64,000 nt of DNA from Candidatus Rokuibacteriota bacterium (GTDB lineage: Bacteria; Methylomirabilota; Methylomirabilia; Rokubacteriales; CSP1-6): NCBI GenBank assembly GCA_003220315.1, contig QHSA01000130.1:292-64291 (forward strand), in the 5' to 3' direction. Of the stretch, positions 19,647 to 31,521 are shown piece by piece (position 1 is the stretch's first letter; the number at the start of each line of letters is the position of its first letter). The position numbers and the translations under genes are program-made. The notes below the pieces were generated by a model. It saw only the letters and a list, made by a program, of their open reading frames with translations, ran no database searches and had not been told where the DNA came from.

Positions 19647-20941
19647 TGGATGAGCCCCACCCGCCGGAAGATGGCGTCCACGTTCCGGAGGTACCACGCC
19701 GGATCGAAGCAGGCCTTCAGCTCGTCGCTCCCGATCCGGTCCGTCACCGTTGGGTCGGCCGCGAGCACCTCGAAGAACGGCCGCCGCTCCCGCCAGGCGC
19801 GCATGGCGTGGCGCTGGACGACCTCGTAGGCCACCTGGCGGGCGAGTCCCGCCTCGGTGAGCTTGAGCAGCACGCGCTGCGAGTAGACGAGCCCGTGACT
19901 CAGCTCGAGGTTCTCGGCCATCCGCGCCGGGTCCACCTCGAGCCCCTCGACGATGAAGGTCGTGAGGTGGAACAGGTAGTCGAGCAGAATCGTCGAGTCG
20001 GGCAGGATCACGCGCTCGACCGACGAGTGACTGATGTCGCGCTCGTGCCACAGCGCGACGTTCTCCAACGCGGCCAGCGCGTTCCCCCGGAGGAGCCGCG
20101 CCAGGCCGCAGATCCGCTCCGAGAGCTCGGGGTTTCGCTTGTGGGGCATCGCGCTCGAGCCCTTCTGTCCCTCGCCAAACGGCTCCTGCGCCTCGAGCGT
20201 CTCGGTGCGCTGGAGCCCCCGCACCTCGAGCGCGATCTTCTCGAGGGATGCGCCCGCCACGGCGAGCGTCGCGCAGAACTCGGCATGGCGATCCCGCTGG
20301 ACGATCTGCGTGGACACCGGCGCGGCCTCGAGCCCGAGCTCCCCGCACACCTCCGTCTCGAGCTCGGGCTCGACGTGGGCGAAGTTCCCGACGGCGCCAG
20401 AGAGCTTTCCCACCGCGACGGCGGCGCGAGCGCGCCACAGGCGCTCCAGGTTCCGCTGCGCTTCGGTGTACCACACCGCCGCCTTCAGCCCGAAGCTCGT
20501 CGGCTCCGCGTGCACACCGTGCGTCCGCCCAACCGTCAGGGTGTCCTTATGGCGGAGCGCCAGCGCGCGGAGCGCGTCCCGGAGGCGCACCTGTCCCGCG
20601 ATGAGGAGGTCGGCGGCGTCCCGGAGCTGGAGCGCCAGCGCCGTGTCCCAGACGTCGCTCGTCGTGAGGCCGATATGGACGAAGCGAGAGTCCGGACCGA
20701 GCTGCTCCTCGAGGCTCGTGAGAAGCGCGATCATCTCGTGCTTGACCCGCTCCTGGATGGCGAGGATCCGCGCGACGTCCACGCGCGCCGTCTGGCGGAT
20801 GCGCGCCATCGCGTCGGAGGGGATGCGGCCGCGGCGGGTGTAGGCCTCGCACACGGCGAGCTCCACTCGGAGCCACGCCGCGTATTTGGACTCCTCGCTC
20901 CAGAGGCGGCCCATCTCCGGGCGGGTGTAACGCTCGATCAC
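19643..20941 (-). CDS. purB: Adenylosuccinate lyase
   Basis: MIERYTRPEMGRLWSEESKY... Confidence 0.95.
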   Translation of the reverse strand: MIERYTRPEMGRLWSEESKYAAWLRVELAVCEAYTRRGRIPSDAMARIRQTARVDVARILAIQERVKHEMIALLTSLEEQLGPDSRFVHIGLTTSDVWDTALALQLRDAADLLIAGQVRLRDALRALALRHKDTLTVGRTHGVHAEPTSFGLKAAVWYTEAQRNLERLWRARAAVAVGKLSGAVGNFAHVEPELETEVCGELGLEAAPVSTQIVQRDRHAEFCATLAVAGASLEKIALEVRGLQRTETLEAQEPFGEGQKGSSAMPHKRNPELSERICGLARLLRGNALAALENVALWHERDISHSSVERVILPDSTILLDYLFHLTTFIVEGLEVDPARMAENLELSHGLVYSQRVLLKLTEAGLARQVAYEVVQRHAMRAWRERRPFFEVLAADPTVTDRIGSDELKACFDPAWYLRNVDAIFRRVGLIQ

Positions 20942-20976
20942 GCCCTCACCTTAGAGCAAAACACCCCGCAGTGGAA

Positions 20977-21232
20977 GTGCGAGCCGGAGGACGTCGCGGG
21001 GCTGGGGCCCCGCCGTCCGAGGCGAGCGAAACACGAGAATCGTGCGAGCCGGAGGACGTCGCGGGGCTGGGGCCCCGCCGTCCGAGGCGAGCGAAACACG
21101 AGAATCGTGCGAGCCGGAGGACGTCGCGAGTCGGGGGGTTTGGGGGGCCATGTCGGGGCGGCGTTCGCAGACGCGATCGAGCCTCAGGCTCGATCGAGAC
21201 GCGAGTCGGGGGGTTTGGGGGGCCATGTCGGG
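20977..21232. repeat. Composite tandem repeat array: 2.3 copies of a 65-bp unit (gtgcgagccggaggacgtcgcggggctggggccccgccgtccgaggcgagcgaaacacgagaatc), then 2 copies of a 33-bp unit (gcgagtcggggggtttggggggccatgtcgggg) flanking the palindrome gatcgagcctcaggctcgatc
   Basis: Units abut directly with no unique spacers, so this is not a CRISPR. The units are related, in inverse orientation, to the repeats at 31128-31290 and 42658-42755. Confidence 0.7.
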
Positions 21233-21243
21233 GCCCCCCAATA

Positions 21244-22515
21244 TCAACGATGCAGTTCGCGCGGGAGGTTGCGGCGATCGAGGGGTCCGAGCGTGGTCAG
21301 GACGAGGCGGTCCTCGTCGAGGAGGTCGGTGACGAGCGCTTGCACCTCCTCGTGGCGGACGGCGTCGATCGCCGCGAGCATGGCGTCGATCGTGAGGAAC
21401 GAGCCCAGGTGCATCTCGTGCTTGGCGAGCCGATTCATCCGGCTCGACGTCGACTCGAGCGACAGCATCAGGCTGCCCTTCAAATGATCCTTGGAGCGTC
21501 GGAGCTCCTCCTCCGTCACGCCGCTCTTCTTTATCTCACGGAGCTCCTTGAGGATCGACTTGAGGACCTTGGAGAAGTTCGGCGCGTCGCTCGCGGCATA
21601 GATGTAGAGCGTCCCCGTGTCGACGTACGCCTGGACGCCCGAATGGATCGCGTAGACGAGCCCCTGGCGCTCCCGCACCTCCTGGAAGAGGCGCGAGGAC
21701 ATGCTGCCGCCGATCACATCGTTCAAGACGAACAGGGCGTAGCGCTCGGGCGCCGAGTGGTGCAGGCCCGGGAAGCCCATGATGACGTGGACCTGCTCGA
21801 GCGGCTTGTGGACGATGTTGACCCCGGCCTTCATGAGCGGGGGCGTGTCCGTGCGCGGTGTCACCGCGCGGGTGAAGCCGTCGAAGCCGCGCCCGAAGAG
21901 GTCGACGACCCGGTCGTGGGTGACGTTGCCCGCGACCGCGATCATGATGCGTGGCGGCACGTACTCCTCGCCGAAGTGGGTGAGCACCGCCGCGCGATCG
22001 TAACCGTTCACCGCCTCGCGCGTGCCGAGGATCGGGCGTCCGAGCGGATGGCCCTCCCAGAGCTGTGCGGCGAAGAGGTCATGGATCAGGTCGTCGGGCG
22101 TGTCCTCCACCATCTTGATCTCCTGGAGCACAACCGACTTTTCGCGCTCGAGCTCCTCGGCGTCGAAGACCGGATGCAGGAGGATGTCGGTCAGGAGATC
22201 GACCGCGAGCGGCAGGTGCTCGTCGAGCACCTGGACATAGAAGCAGGTGTGCTCCTTCGTGGTGAAGGCGTCCATCTGGCCGCCGACCGAGTCCATCGTG
22301 CGCGCGATGGCCTCGGCGGTGCGCGTCTCGGTGCCCTTGAAGACGAGGTGCTCGATGAGGTGGGACATGCCGATGCGGCCCTCTGGCTCGTGCCGGGAGC
22401 CGGCCTCGACCCACACGCCGACCGCCACGGACCGGACGTGCTCCATCCGCTCCGTGACGACACGGATACCGCTCGGCAGGACGCTCTTCCGGTACCCTTC
22501 GCTCACGGGGACCAC
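21244..22515 (-). CDS. M16-family zinc peptidase (pitrilysin-like)
   Basis: Inverted zinc motif HLIEHLVFKGT (HxxEH). Confidence 0.9.
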   Translation of the reverse strand: MVPVSEGYRKSVLPSGIRVVTERMEHVRSVAVGVWVEAGSRHEPEGRIGMSHLIEHLVFKGTETRTAEAIARTMDSVGGQMDAFTTKEHTCFYVQVLDEHLPLAVDLLTDILLHPVFDAEELEREKSVVLQEIKMVEDTPDDLIHDLFAAQLWEGHPLGRPILGTREAVNGYDRAAVLTHFGEEYVPPRIMIAVAGNVTHDRVVDLFGRGFDGFTRAVTPRTDTPPLMKAGVNIVHKPLEQVHVIMGFPGLHHSAPERYALFVLNDVIGGSMSSRLFQEVRERQGLVYAIHSGVQAYVDTGTLYIYAASDAPNFSKVLKSILKELREIKKSGVTEEELRRSKDHLKGSLMLSLESTSSRMNRLAKHEMHLGSFLTIDAMLAAIDAVRHEEVQALVTDLLDEDRLVLTTLGPLDRRNLPRELHR

Positions 22516-22518
22516 CTT

Positions 22519-24660
<2,142 letters not shown>

Positions 24661-24667
24661 CTGGGAG

Positions 24668-24706
24668 ATCGTCCTCGGGCCCCCGGAGTGTTTGCGTCCG
24701 AGGACC
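24668..24706 (-). promoter_or_regulatory. rpsO-pnp intergenic stem-loop (candidate RNase III processing / attenuator hairpin)
   Basis: Inverted repeat tcctcgg...ccgagga between the rpsO stop and the pnp start; the position matches the classic pnp leader hairpin. Confidence 0.4.
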
Positions 24707-24730
24707 AATCCATGGTTGTGAGGCCTGCCG

Positions 24731-25000
24731 TCACCGGCGGATTCCGAGCCTGTCGATGAGGGTGCGGTAGCGCTCGGCGTCCTTGTCCTTGAGGTACTCG
24801 AGCAACCCCCGGCGCTTGCCGATCAGCATCAAGAGGCCGCGCCGAGAGTGGTGGTCCTTGGTGTGCTGTTTGAAGTGATCGGTGAGGCCGTTGATCCGTT
24901 CCGTCAGGAGCGCGACCTGGACCTCCGGCGACCCGGTGTCGCCCGCGTGGGCGCGGAATTGCTCGATCAAGCTCTTCTTCTTGTCGACGGTCAGCGGCAT
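24731..25000 (-). CDS. rpsO: 30S ribosomal protein S15
   Basis: [36 protein letters not shown]... Confidence 0.95.
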   Translation of the reverse strand: MPLTVDKKKSLIEQFRAHAGDTGSPEVQVALLTERINGLTDHFKQHTKDHHSRRGLLMLIGKRRGLLEYLKDKDAERYRTLIDRLGIRR

Positions 25001-25127
25001 GGGGGACCTCCCTCAATCGCCACGCCCCGGGGAGCCGCCTCCGTCCAGGACGGGTTCAAAACCCCTTTTTTTGTCAACAGATAGCTGTTACCGTACCACG
25101 ACGATCCCGGGAAGTAAAGCGCGGGCT

Positions 25128-26045
25128 TCAGGGGTTCTCCCGGGCGGCGAGGACGTCGAGAGCGATCTGGTTGCGGAGGGCCTCCACGTTCGGGAACTTG
25201 CGCTCGTCCCTGAGACGCCGGAGGAACGTGAGCCGAATGCGGCGGCCGTAAAGATCCCCGGAAAAATCGAGGAGATGAGCCTCCACCGCGAGCTCCGTCT
25301 CGCCAAAGGTCGGCCGTACGCCGACGTTGATGACCGCCTGGTAGCGTGTGTCCTCCACATCGACCTGACAGGCATAGACCCCGGGGGGCAGAAGGAGCGG
25401 ACGCGCCGTCTTGACGTTCGCCGTGGGAAAGCCGAGGGTTCGGCCGCGACCCGCCCCGCGCACGACCTCGCCCTGGATCGCGTAGGCGCGCCCGAGTAGC
25501 CGCGCCGCCTTCGTGAGGTCGCCGCGCTGGAGCGCGCTCCTGATCTCCGACGACGACACGGGAACACCATCGACGGTCGTCGGGGGAACCGTGTGCGCCC
25601 TGAACCCGAGCTCGCGCCCGAGCCGCTCGAGGAGCGTGGCATCGCCGCGGGCGCCGCGCCCGAACCGATGATTGAAGCCGACGACGATGTCCCGCGCCTT
25701 CAGCGTCCCCACGAGGACGCGGCGGACGAAGTCCTCCGCCTCTACCGCGGCGACGGCGCGGGTGAAGACGACGACCACGGTCGTGTCGATCCCCGTCCCG
25801 GCGATCAGCTCGAGCCGCTCCTCGAGGGTCGTAATCGGAACGGGAGAGCGCTCGGGCTGCAGCACCTCGAGCGGGTGCGGATCGAAGGTGCACGCGAGGG
25901 CCACGAGGCCCTCCCGCCGCGCCTGAGCCACGGCGGTCCCGAGGATCGCACGATGGCCCAGATGGACGCCGTCGAACGCGCCGAGCGCGACGGCGCTCGA
26001 GAGCGCGTCAGGCGGGTAGGATTCGAGTCCCCGGACGATCCGCAT
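25128..26045 (-). CDS. ribF: Bifunctional riboflavin kinase / FAD synthetase
   Basis: ALGAFDGVHLGHRAIL...GFPTANV. Confidence 0.95.
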   Translation of the reverse strand: MRIVRGLESYPPDALSSAVALGAFDGVHLGHRAILGTAVAQARREGLVALACTFDPHPLEVLQPERSPVPITTLEERLELIAGTGIDTTVVVVFTRAVAAVEAEDFVRRVLVGTLKARDIVVGFNHRFGRGARGDATLLERLGRELGFRAHTVPPTTVDGVPVSSSEIRSALQRGDLTKAARLLGRAYAIQGEVVRGAGRGRTLGFPTANVKTARPLLLPPGVYACQVDVEDTRYQAVINVGVRPTFGETELAVEAHLLDFSGDLYGRRIRLTFLRRLRDERKFPNVEALRNQIALDVLAARENP

Positions 26046-26943
26046 GCAGGATTCGGACGGGTTTCACGCGGCGCCCGTCCTCCGTGATCACGCCGACGCC
26101 GATGAGCGTACCGGTGACGTCGTGGACGCGGACGGAGGAGCCGCCCTCGCCGCGCGCGGGTGCCCGGACCTCGACCGCCTGGCCGTGCCCGAACGCGACG
26201 GCCGCGCGCTCGTCGAGGGTCACCCCTTGCCAGCCCGCCAGCGCCGATTCCGGCGGCGTGACGCGAGACCAGAGCACTGCCGGCTCGGCGCTGACGACGT
26301 CGGCCCAGGGGATCGCGTCGGCGAGGTGGAAGGGGCCGACACGACACCTGACGAGGCACTCGACGGCGCCGCCGTAGCCGAGCGCGGCCCCCAGGTCGGC
26401 GGCGAGCACCCGCACGTAAGTGCCCTTGCCGCAGACGACACGGAGGGTGGCCCGAGGCGGGGCGACCTCGTCGACGGCGATCGAATGGACGACGACTTCC
26501 CGCGGCTCGCGGTCGACCTCGATCCCCTCGCGCGCCAGCTCGTAGAGGCGCCGCCCCTCGTGGTGGACCGCCGAGTACATGGGCGGGATCTGCTTGATCC
26601 GACCGACGAACGGCCGGCTCGCCTCCTCGAGGTCACGTCGCTCGAGTCGGGAGACCGTGACCTCCGAGAGGACGCGACCCTCGGTGTCGTGAGTGTCGGT
26701 CGTGAGCCCGAAGCGGACCGTCGCGACGTACTCCTTGTCTTGGTCCATGAGGTACGGCGTGAGCTTGGTCGCCTCGCCGATCAGGACTGGTAGGACGCCC
26801 GTCGCCGCGGGGTCGAGCGTGCCGGCGTGACCGACCCGGCGGACGTGGAGCCGCCGACGGACGAGCGCCACGACGTCGAACGACGTCGCCCCCGCCGCCT
26901 TGTTGACCGCGAGCACGCCCGAGCCGCCGACCCTGACGCTCAC
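26008..26943 (-). CDS. truB: tRNA pseudouridine(55) synthase
   Basis: GVLAVNKAAGATSFDVVA...HAGTLDPAATGVL; GTG start overlapping the upstream stop (GTGA). Confidence 0.9.
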   Translation of the reverse strand: MSVRVGGSGVLAVNKAAGATSFDVVALVRRRLHVRRVGHAGTLDPAATGVLPVLIGEATKLTPYLMDQDKEYVATVRFGLTTDTHDTEGRVLSEVTVSRLERRDLEEASRPFVGRIKQIPPMYSAVHHEGRRLYELAREGIEVDREPREVVVHSIAVDEVAPPRATLRVVCGKGTYVRVLAADLGAALGYGGAVECLVRCRVGPFHLADAIPWADVVSAEPAVLWSRVTPPESALAGWQGVTLDERAAVAFGHGQAVEVRAPARGEGGSSVRVHDVTGTLIGVGVITEDGRRVKPVRILHADRPGTRILPA

Positions 26944-27947
26944 CTCGTCCGGGCCCCGGGCGCGGCGGCCAGCGCGGCCCGGACCGCCGCGAGCACGACC
27001 CGCGTCGCCTCGGCCAGCGGCTTCGCGAGCGTGCACCCGGCCGCGTTCGGATGGCCGCCACCCCCGAACTGCGCGGCGATCCGCTGCACGTCCACGTCGC
27101 CTTTGCCGCGGAGACTCACCTTCACCTGGCCAAGGTACTCGCGGAAGAGACACGCGACGCGGACCGTCGCCACCGAGCGCGGATAGTTGACGAGCTCCTC
27201 GGACTCGATGACCTTCTCCGGCACGGACCCCGACGGGAGGATCAGCCACGCAACCCGCCCGTCGTCGCTCACCTCGACACGTCCGAGCGCCGCGCCGAGC
27301 CAGCGGAGCGCATCGGGGGCGCGGCGTTCGTAGAGCCACTCCGAGACGAACGCGGGATCGGCGCCCGCCTGGACGAGCGCCGCGGCCGTCCGGAACGTCC
27401 GCGGGGTCACGTTCGAGTAGCGAAAGGAGCCGGTGTCGGTGTGGAGCGCGGTGAACAGGTTGGTCGCGATCGGGGGCGTCAGCGGGGCGCCGAGCGCCAC
27501 GAGCAGCTCGTAGACCAGCTCGCCGGTGGCCGCGGCGGACACGTCGATCCAGTTCACGTCGCCGTAGCGCCGGTTGTCGGGATGGTGGTCGATGTTCACG
27601 ACGGTGGCCGCGGCTCGGCGCGCCTGGTCGATGAGCCCCTCGGTGCGTTCCGGATTCGGACAGTCCGTCAGCACGGCGACGTCGAACCTGCCGTCGAGGG
27701 CGTGGAGCTGCTGGTACCGCTCGATGCCGGGGAGGAAGGCGAGCGCGGCCGGCGCCGGATGCGGGCCGCCATAGGTCACGCGCCAGCCGCGGGCCTCGAG
27801 CGCCTCACCCAGCGCCAGGAGCGTCCCCAGCACGTCGGCGTCGGGGTGGACGTGGCCGAGCATGAGGGCGTGGCCCCCCGGAGACCGGAACGGAGTCAAG
27901 ACGGCCTCGGAGGGCGCGGGACCGGTCAGGGTGATGGCGCTGCTCAC
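26940..27947 (-). CDS. DHH-family phosphoesterase (NrnA-like oligoribonuclease / pAp phosphatase)
   Basis: MLGHVHPDADVLGT...NIDHH...GGGGHPNAAG. Confidence 0.85.
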   Translation of the reverse strand: MSSAITLTGPAPSEAVLTPFRSPGGHALMLGHVHPDADVLGTLLALGEALEARGWRVTYGGPHPAPAALAFLPGIERYQQLHALDGRFDVAVLTDCPNPERTEGLIDQARRAAATVVNIDHHPDNRRYGDVNWIDVSAAATGELVYELLVALGAPLTPPIATNLFTALHTDTGSFRYSNVTPRTFRTAAALVQAGADPAFVSEWLYERRAPDALRWLGAALGRVEVSDDGRVAWLILPSGSVPEKVIESEELVNYPRSVATVRVACLFREYLGQVKVSLRGKGDVDVQRIAAQFGGGGHPNAAGCTLAKPLAEATRVVLAAVRAALAAAPGARTR

Positions 27948-28297
27948 GACGTCGGGTCGTCGTTGAGTCGCCGGAGCAGCGTCTGGATCCGCGCCGCGTG
28001 TTCCATCGAGCGATCAGCCCGGAAGTCGAGCTCCGGCGTGACGCGAAGGTCGAGGTGGTGGCGGAGCCACTGGCGGACGAAGCCCCGGGCGCTTCCGAGC
28101 GCGGCCAGCGACGCCGCCCACTGCGCCTCGTCGCCGAGCACCGAGACGAAGACCTTCGCCACGCGCAGGTCCTTCGAGGTCTCGACTTCGGTGACCGTGA
28201 CGAAACCGAGTCGCGGGTCCTTGAGCTCCCGCTGGAGGAGGGTCGAGACCTCCTCCTTGATGAGCTGGTTCACGCGGTCGAGCCGTTTGCTCTGCAT
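27944..28297 (-). CDS. rbfA: Ribosome-binding factor A
   Basis: RLDRVNQLIKEEVSTLL...VTVTEVETSKDLRVAKVFVSVLG. Confidence 0.9.
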   Translation of the reverse strand: MQSKRLDRVNQLIKEEVSTLLQRELKDPRLGFVTVTEVETSKDLRVAKVFVSVLGDEAQWAASLAALGSARGFVRQWLRHHLDLRVTPELDFRADRSMEHAARIQTLLRRLNDDPTS

Positions 28298-28587
28298 CAG
28301 AGGATCTCCACGAACGTCTCGAGGACGCGCCCCTCGACGTTATCTTCGATGAAGGATATCGCCTTGGAGACCACTTCGTTGGCGTGCCGCGCGTCGGCCG
28401 AGACGTAGGCGACCGCCAGGGTGGCGCGTTGCCAGACGTCCTGGTGATCAACCTCTGCGACCGACACCTCGAAGCGTGCGCGCACCTTCTCCTTGAGGCC
28501 CTTCAGGACGTGCCGCTTGCCCTTCAGCGAGTCGACATCGGGAAGATGGAGCTCCACCATTCCCAGCGCGACACGCGCCGTCGCCAC
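28297..28587 (-). CDS. DUF503 (YlxP-like) protein
   Basis: Conserved position between infB and rbfA; 96 aa. Confidence 0.8.
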   Translation of the reverse strand: MATARVALGMVELHLPDVDSLKGKRHVLKGLKEKVRARFEVSVAEVDHQDVWQRATLAVAYVSADARHANEVVSKAISFIEDNVEGRVLETFVEIL

Positions 28588-28609
28588 GGTTCCCCCCGGC
28601 GCAAACGCT

Positions 28610-31090
28610 CTAAAGCGTGCGCGCCACTTCCTCGACCGTGTAGACCTCGAGGATGTCGCCCGGCTGGACCCCCGTCACGCCGTCGACGCCGATGCCACAC
28701 TCGAGCCCGGCCAGCACCTCGCGGACGTCGTCCTTGAACCGCTTCAGCGAGCCGACCGTGCCCTCGCCGACGACCTCGTCGCCGCGCCGCACGCGCACCT
28801 TCGCGTTGCGAACGATCTTGCCTTCCGTCACGTACGAGCCACACACCGGGCCGAGCTTGGAGATGACGAAGATCTGGCGCACCTGCGCCCGGCCGAGCGT
28901 CGTCTCACGGATCTCGGGCGCGAGCATGCCGGCCAGCGCGGCCCGCAGGTCGTTGATCGCGTCGTAGATGACGTTGTAGCTGCGGATGTCGACGCCGTTC
29001 GCTTGCGCCTGAGACGCCGCCTTGGTCTCGGGCTTGACGTTGAACCCGATGACGATCGCGTTCGACGCCGAGGCGAGCATGACATCGCTCTCGTTGATCG
29101 CGCCCACCGAGCTGTGGATGACCTTCAGCTTGACCTCCTCAGTCGACAGCCGCTCGAGCGCCTCCGCCAGCGCCTCCACGGAGCCCTGCACGTCGGCCTT
29201 GAGGACGAGCCGAAGCTCCTTCACCTCCCCCGACTGGATCTGCTTCTGGAGCCCCTCGAGCGTGATCCGCGTCGCGGTCTTGCCCTTGAGCTTGTCGCGG
29301 TCCTGCCGCATGGTGGCGACCTGTCGCGCCTTCCGCTCGTCGGACACCGCGACGAGGACGTCGCCCGCGGCGGGAACGCCGCTGAGCCCGAGGATCTCGA
29401 CCGGGTCGGACGGGCCGGCGCTCTTGACCTTCTTGCCGCTCGGGTCGCTCAGCGCTCGGATCCGGCCCGAGTGGGCGCCGACGACGACCGCGTCTCCTTC
29501 TTTTAACGTGCCGGCCTGGATCAGCACGGTCGCGACGGGGCCGCGCCCACGATCCAGCCGGCTCTCGATGATCACGCCCCGGGCCGCGCGGTTCGGATTG
29601 GCCTTGAGCTCGAGGATCTCGGACTGGAGCGCGGTCATTTCGAGGAGCTGGTCGATGCCCGTCCCCTTCTTCGCCGACGTCGCGACATAGATCGTCTGCC
29701 CTCCCCACTCCTCCGGGATCAGGCCATGGTTGGCGAGCTCACGCTTGACGCGCTCGGCATCGGACTCGGGCTTGTCGATCTTGTTCACGGCGACGATGAT
29801 CGGCACGTTCGCCGCCCGCGCGTGGTTGATCGCCTCGACGGTCTGCGGCATGACGCCGTCGTCGGCGGCCACCACGAGGATGACGATGTCCGTCGCCTGA
29901 GCGCCACGTGCGCGCATCGCCGTGAACGCCTCGTGCCCCGGCGTGTCGAGGAACGAGACCTTGCCGTGCCGGGTCTCGACCTGGTAGGCGCCGATGTGCT
30001 GCGTGATCCCGCCGAACTCCTTTTCGGCGACCTTCGACTTGCGGATCGCGTCGAGGAGGGAGGTCTTGCCGTGGTCGACGTGGCCCATGACGGTGACGAC
30101 GGGCGGGCGCAGCTTGAGCTGCGCGGGGTCGAGGTCCTCCTCGTCGACGACCTCGCCTTCGACGGACCGGACCTCGAGGTCCACGCTGAACTTGTCGGCG
30201 ACGAGCTTCGCGGCCGTTGGGTCGAGCAGTTCGTTGACCGTCGCCATGACGCCGAGCTCGAGCAGCGCCTTGATCACCTCGCCCGACTTCCGCCGCATCT
30301 TCTCGGCGAGCTCGCCCACCGTGACGGACTCGGGTACCCGGATGAGCTCGCGCTTCACCTCGGCCGGCGGGGCTGGCGGCGCCTCGACGGCGGCAGCCGG
30401 ACGGGCCGGCGCGGGCGCCGACGCCGCGGGTTGGGCGGGGCGCGACGGCGCGGCGAGCGCCGCGGGCCGCGGCACCGTGGTCACGCGCGGCGGCGCGAAC
30501 GGCGGCGCCGGCTGACGGGCCGGGCGCGGAGGCGCGGGCGCAGGCCGCTCGATCGGACGGAACGGGACGATCTTCGGCTCGGGCTTCCTGGTGGGCGCGC
30601 CCGGCGCCGCGGGCGCGATCGGCGCCGGCTTCGCCGCGGCCGGCGGCGCCTCGGGTGCGAGCGTCACCACGCTGGGCTCCGGAGCGATCTCGGACTCGCG
30701 CTTGGCGACGAGCGGGGGCTCGGCCACGGTCTCCGGCGCGGGCTTCGGCTTGACGATCGTCGCCGCGGGCTTGATTTCCGCGGGCGACTCCTCGAGCGTG
30801 ACGTCGGCGGCCTTCTTCGACCGCGCCGGCGCCTTCTTCGTGACCGGCGCGCCGTCAGTCGCCGTGGTCTCCGTCGCGGCCTTCGGCCTCACGGCGCGCT
30901 TCGGCTTCGGCTCCTCGGGCAGCTCGCGGCCACGCCCAAGCTTGACCCGCAGCGCGTTCGCGAGCGTCGTGTCGAGAGGGCTCATGGCACGCAGCCCCTT
31001 GTGACCCATCTCCTCGGCGGCGACCATGAGCTCCTTGCTCGTCACGCCGAGCTCTTTCGCGAGCTCCATCAGCTTTACCTTTGCCGCCAC
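28610..31090 (-). CDS. infB: Translation initiation factor IF-2
   Basis: Ala/Pro-rich N-terminus; G-domain [12 protein letters not shown]...DTPGHEAF; 826 aa. Confidence 0.95.
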   Translation of the reverse strand: MAAKVKLMELAKELGVTSKELMVAAEEMGHKGLRAMSPLDTTLANALRVKLGRGRELPEEPKPKRAVRPKAATETTATDGAPVTKKAPARSKKAADVTLEESPAEIKPAATIVKPKPAPETVAEPPLVAKRESEIAPEPSVVTLAPEAPPAAAKPAPIAPAAPGAPTRKPEPKIVPFRPIERPAPAPPRPARQPAPPFAPPRVTTVPRPAALAAPSRPAQPAASAPAPARPAAAVEAPPAPPAEVKRELIRVPESVTVGELAEKMRRKSGEVIKALLELGVMATVNELLDPTAAKLVADKFSVDLEVRSVEGEVVDEEDLDPAQLKLRPPVVTVMGHVDHGKTSLLDAIRKSKVAEKEFGGITQHIGAYQVETRHGKVSFLDTPGHEAFTAMRARGAQATDIVILVVAADDGVMPQTVEAINHARAANVPIIVAVNKIDKPESDAERVKRELANHGLIPEEWGGQTIYVATSAKKGTGIDQLLEMTALQSEILELKANPNRAARGVIIESRLDRGRGPVATVLIQAGTLKEGDAVVVGAHSGRIRALSDPSGKKVKSAGPSDPVEILGLSGVPAAGDVLVAVSDERKARQVATMRQDRDKLKGKTATRITLEGLQKQIQSGEVKELRLVLKADVQGSVEALAEALERLSTEEVKLKVIHSSVGAINESDVMLASASNAIVIGFNVKPETKAASQAQANGVDIRSYNVIYDAINDLRAALAGMLAPEIRETTLGRAQVRQIFVISKLGPVCGSYVTEGKIVRNAKVRVRRGDEVVGEGTVGSLKRFKDDVREVLAGLECGIGVDGVTGVQPGDILEVYTVEEVARTL

Positions 31091-31521
31091 GGCCCCCTCA
31101 CCTCCTCCGAACCGTTTTCACCGCTCGCCTCTGACGGCGGGGCCTCGATCACAGGCCCGCCTCGCCTTCTCGGCGCGCCTCGCACCGCAACCCCGCGCAA
31201 TCTCGAGGTCTGCACGACTCCCATCTCTTCGCTCGCCTCGGACGGCGGGGCCCCAGCCCCGCGAGATCCGGAGGTCCGCACCGCCATCGCGAGCTCCGCG
31301 CTCGCTTCACAGGGCTTCCTGAACGCGTGGGTGAGCCGCGCGCGCGCGAGCGCGCGCCCGAGGCACAGGTCGTCCGCGCACACGTAGGCGCCGCGACCCG
31401 GGACGGCGCCGCGTGGATCCGTGACCACCACGCCGTCGCGCCGCCGCACGAGCCGCACGAGCACCCGCTTGGGCCGCACCCGCCGACACCCGAGACACGT
31501 GCGCCGAGGCTCCTCGGTCAT
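31075..31521 (-). CDS. ylxR: YlxR/DUF448 RNA-binding protein with a repeat-encoded C-terminal tail (~90 core aa plus ~60 aa from the repeat)
   Basis: [25 protein letters not shown]...GRGAYVC matches YlxR. The ORF then continues through the 31128-31290 repeats ([12 protein letters not shown]...[12 protein letters not shown]) to a stop overlapping the infB start. Confidence 0.7.
   Translation of the reverse strand: MTEEPRRTCLGCRRVRPKRVLVRLVRRRDGVVVTDPRGAVPGRGAYVCADDLCLGRALARARLTHAFRKPCEASAELAMAVRTSGSRGAGAPPSEASEEMGVVQTSRLRGVAVRGAPRRRGGPVIEAPPSEASGENGSEEVRGPWRQR
31128..31290. repeat. GC-rich dispersed repeats: a ~97-bp unit (31128-31224, gctcgcctctgacggcggggcctcgatcacaggcccgcctcgcc...ggtctgcac) plus a shorter related unit (31229-31290, an inverse copy of the 65-bp unit at 20977)
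   Basis: About 85% identical to 42658-42755. The second unit is the reverse complement of the 20977 repeat. Confidence 0.6.

Noticed and set aside
20977-21232. Possible CRISPR array (regularly repeated 65-bp and 33-bp units)
   Set aside because: The repeats abut directly with no unique spacers, there are no cas genes nearby, and copies of the same unit occur elsewhere in inverse orientation. This behaves like a REP/MITE-like element rather than a CRISPR.
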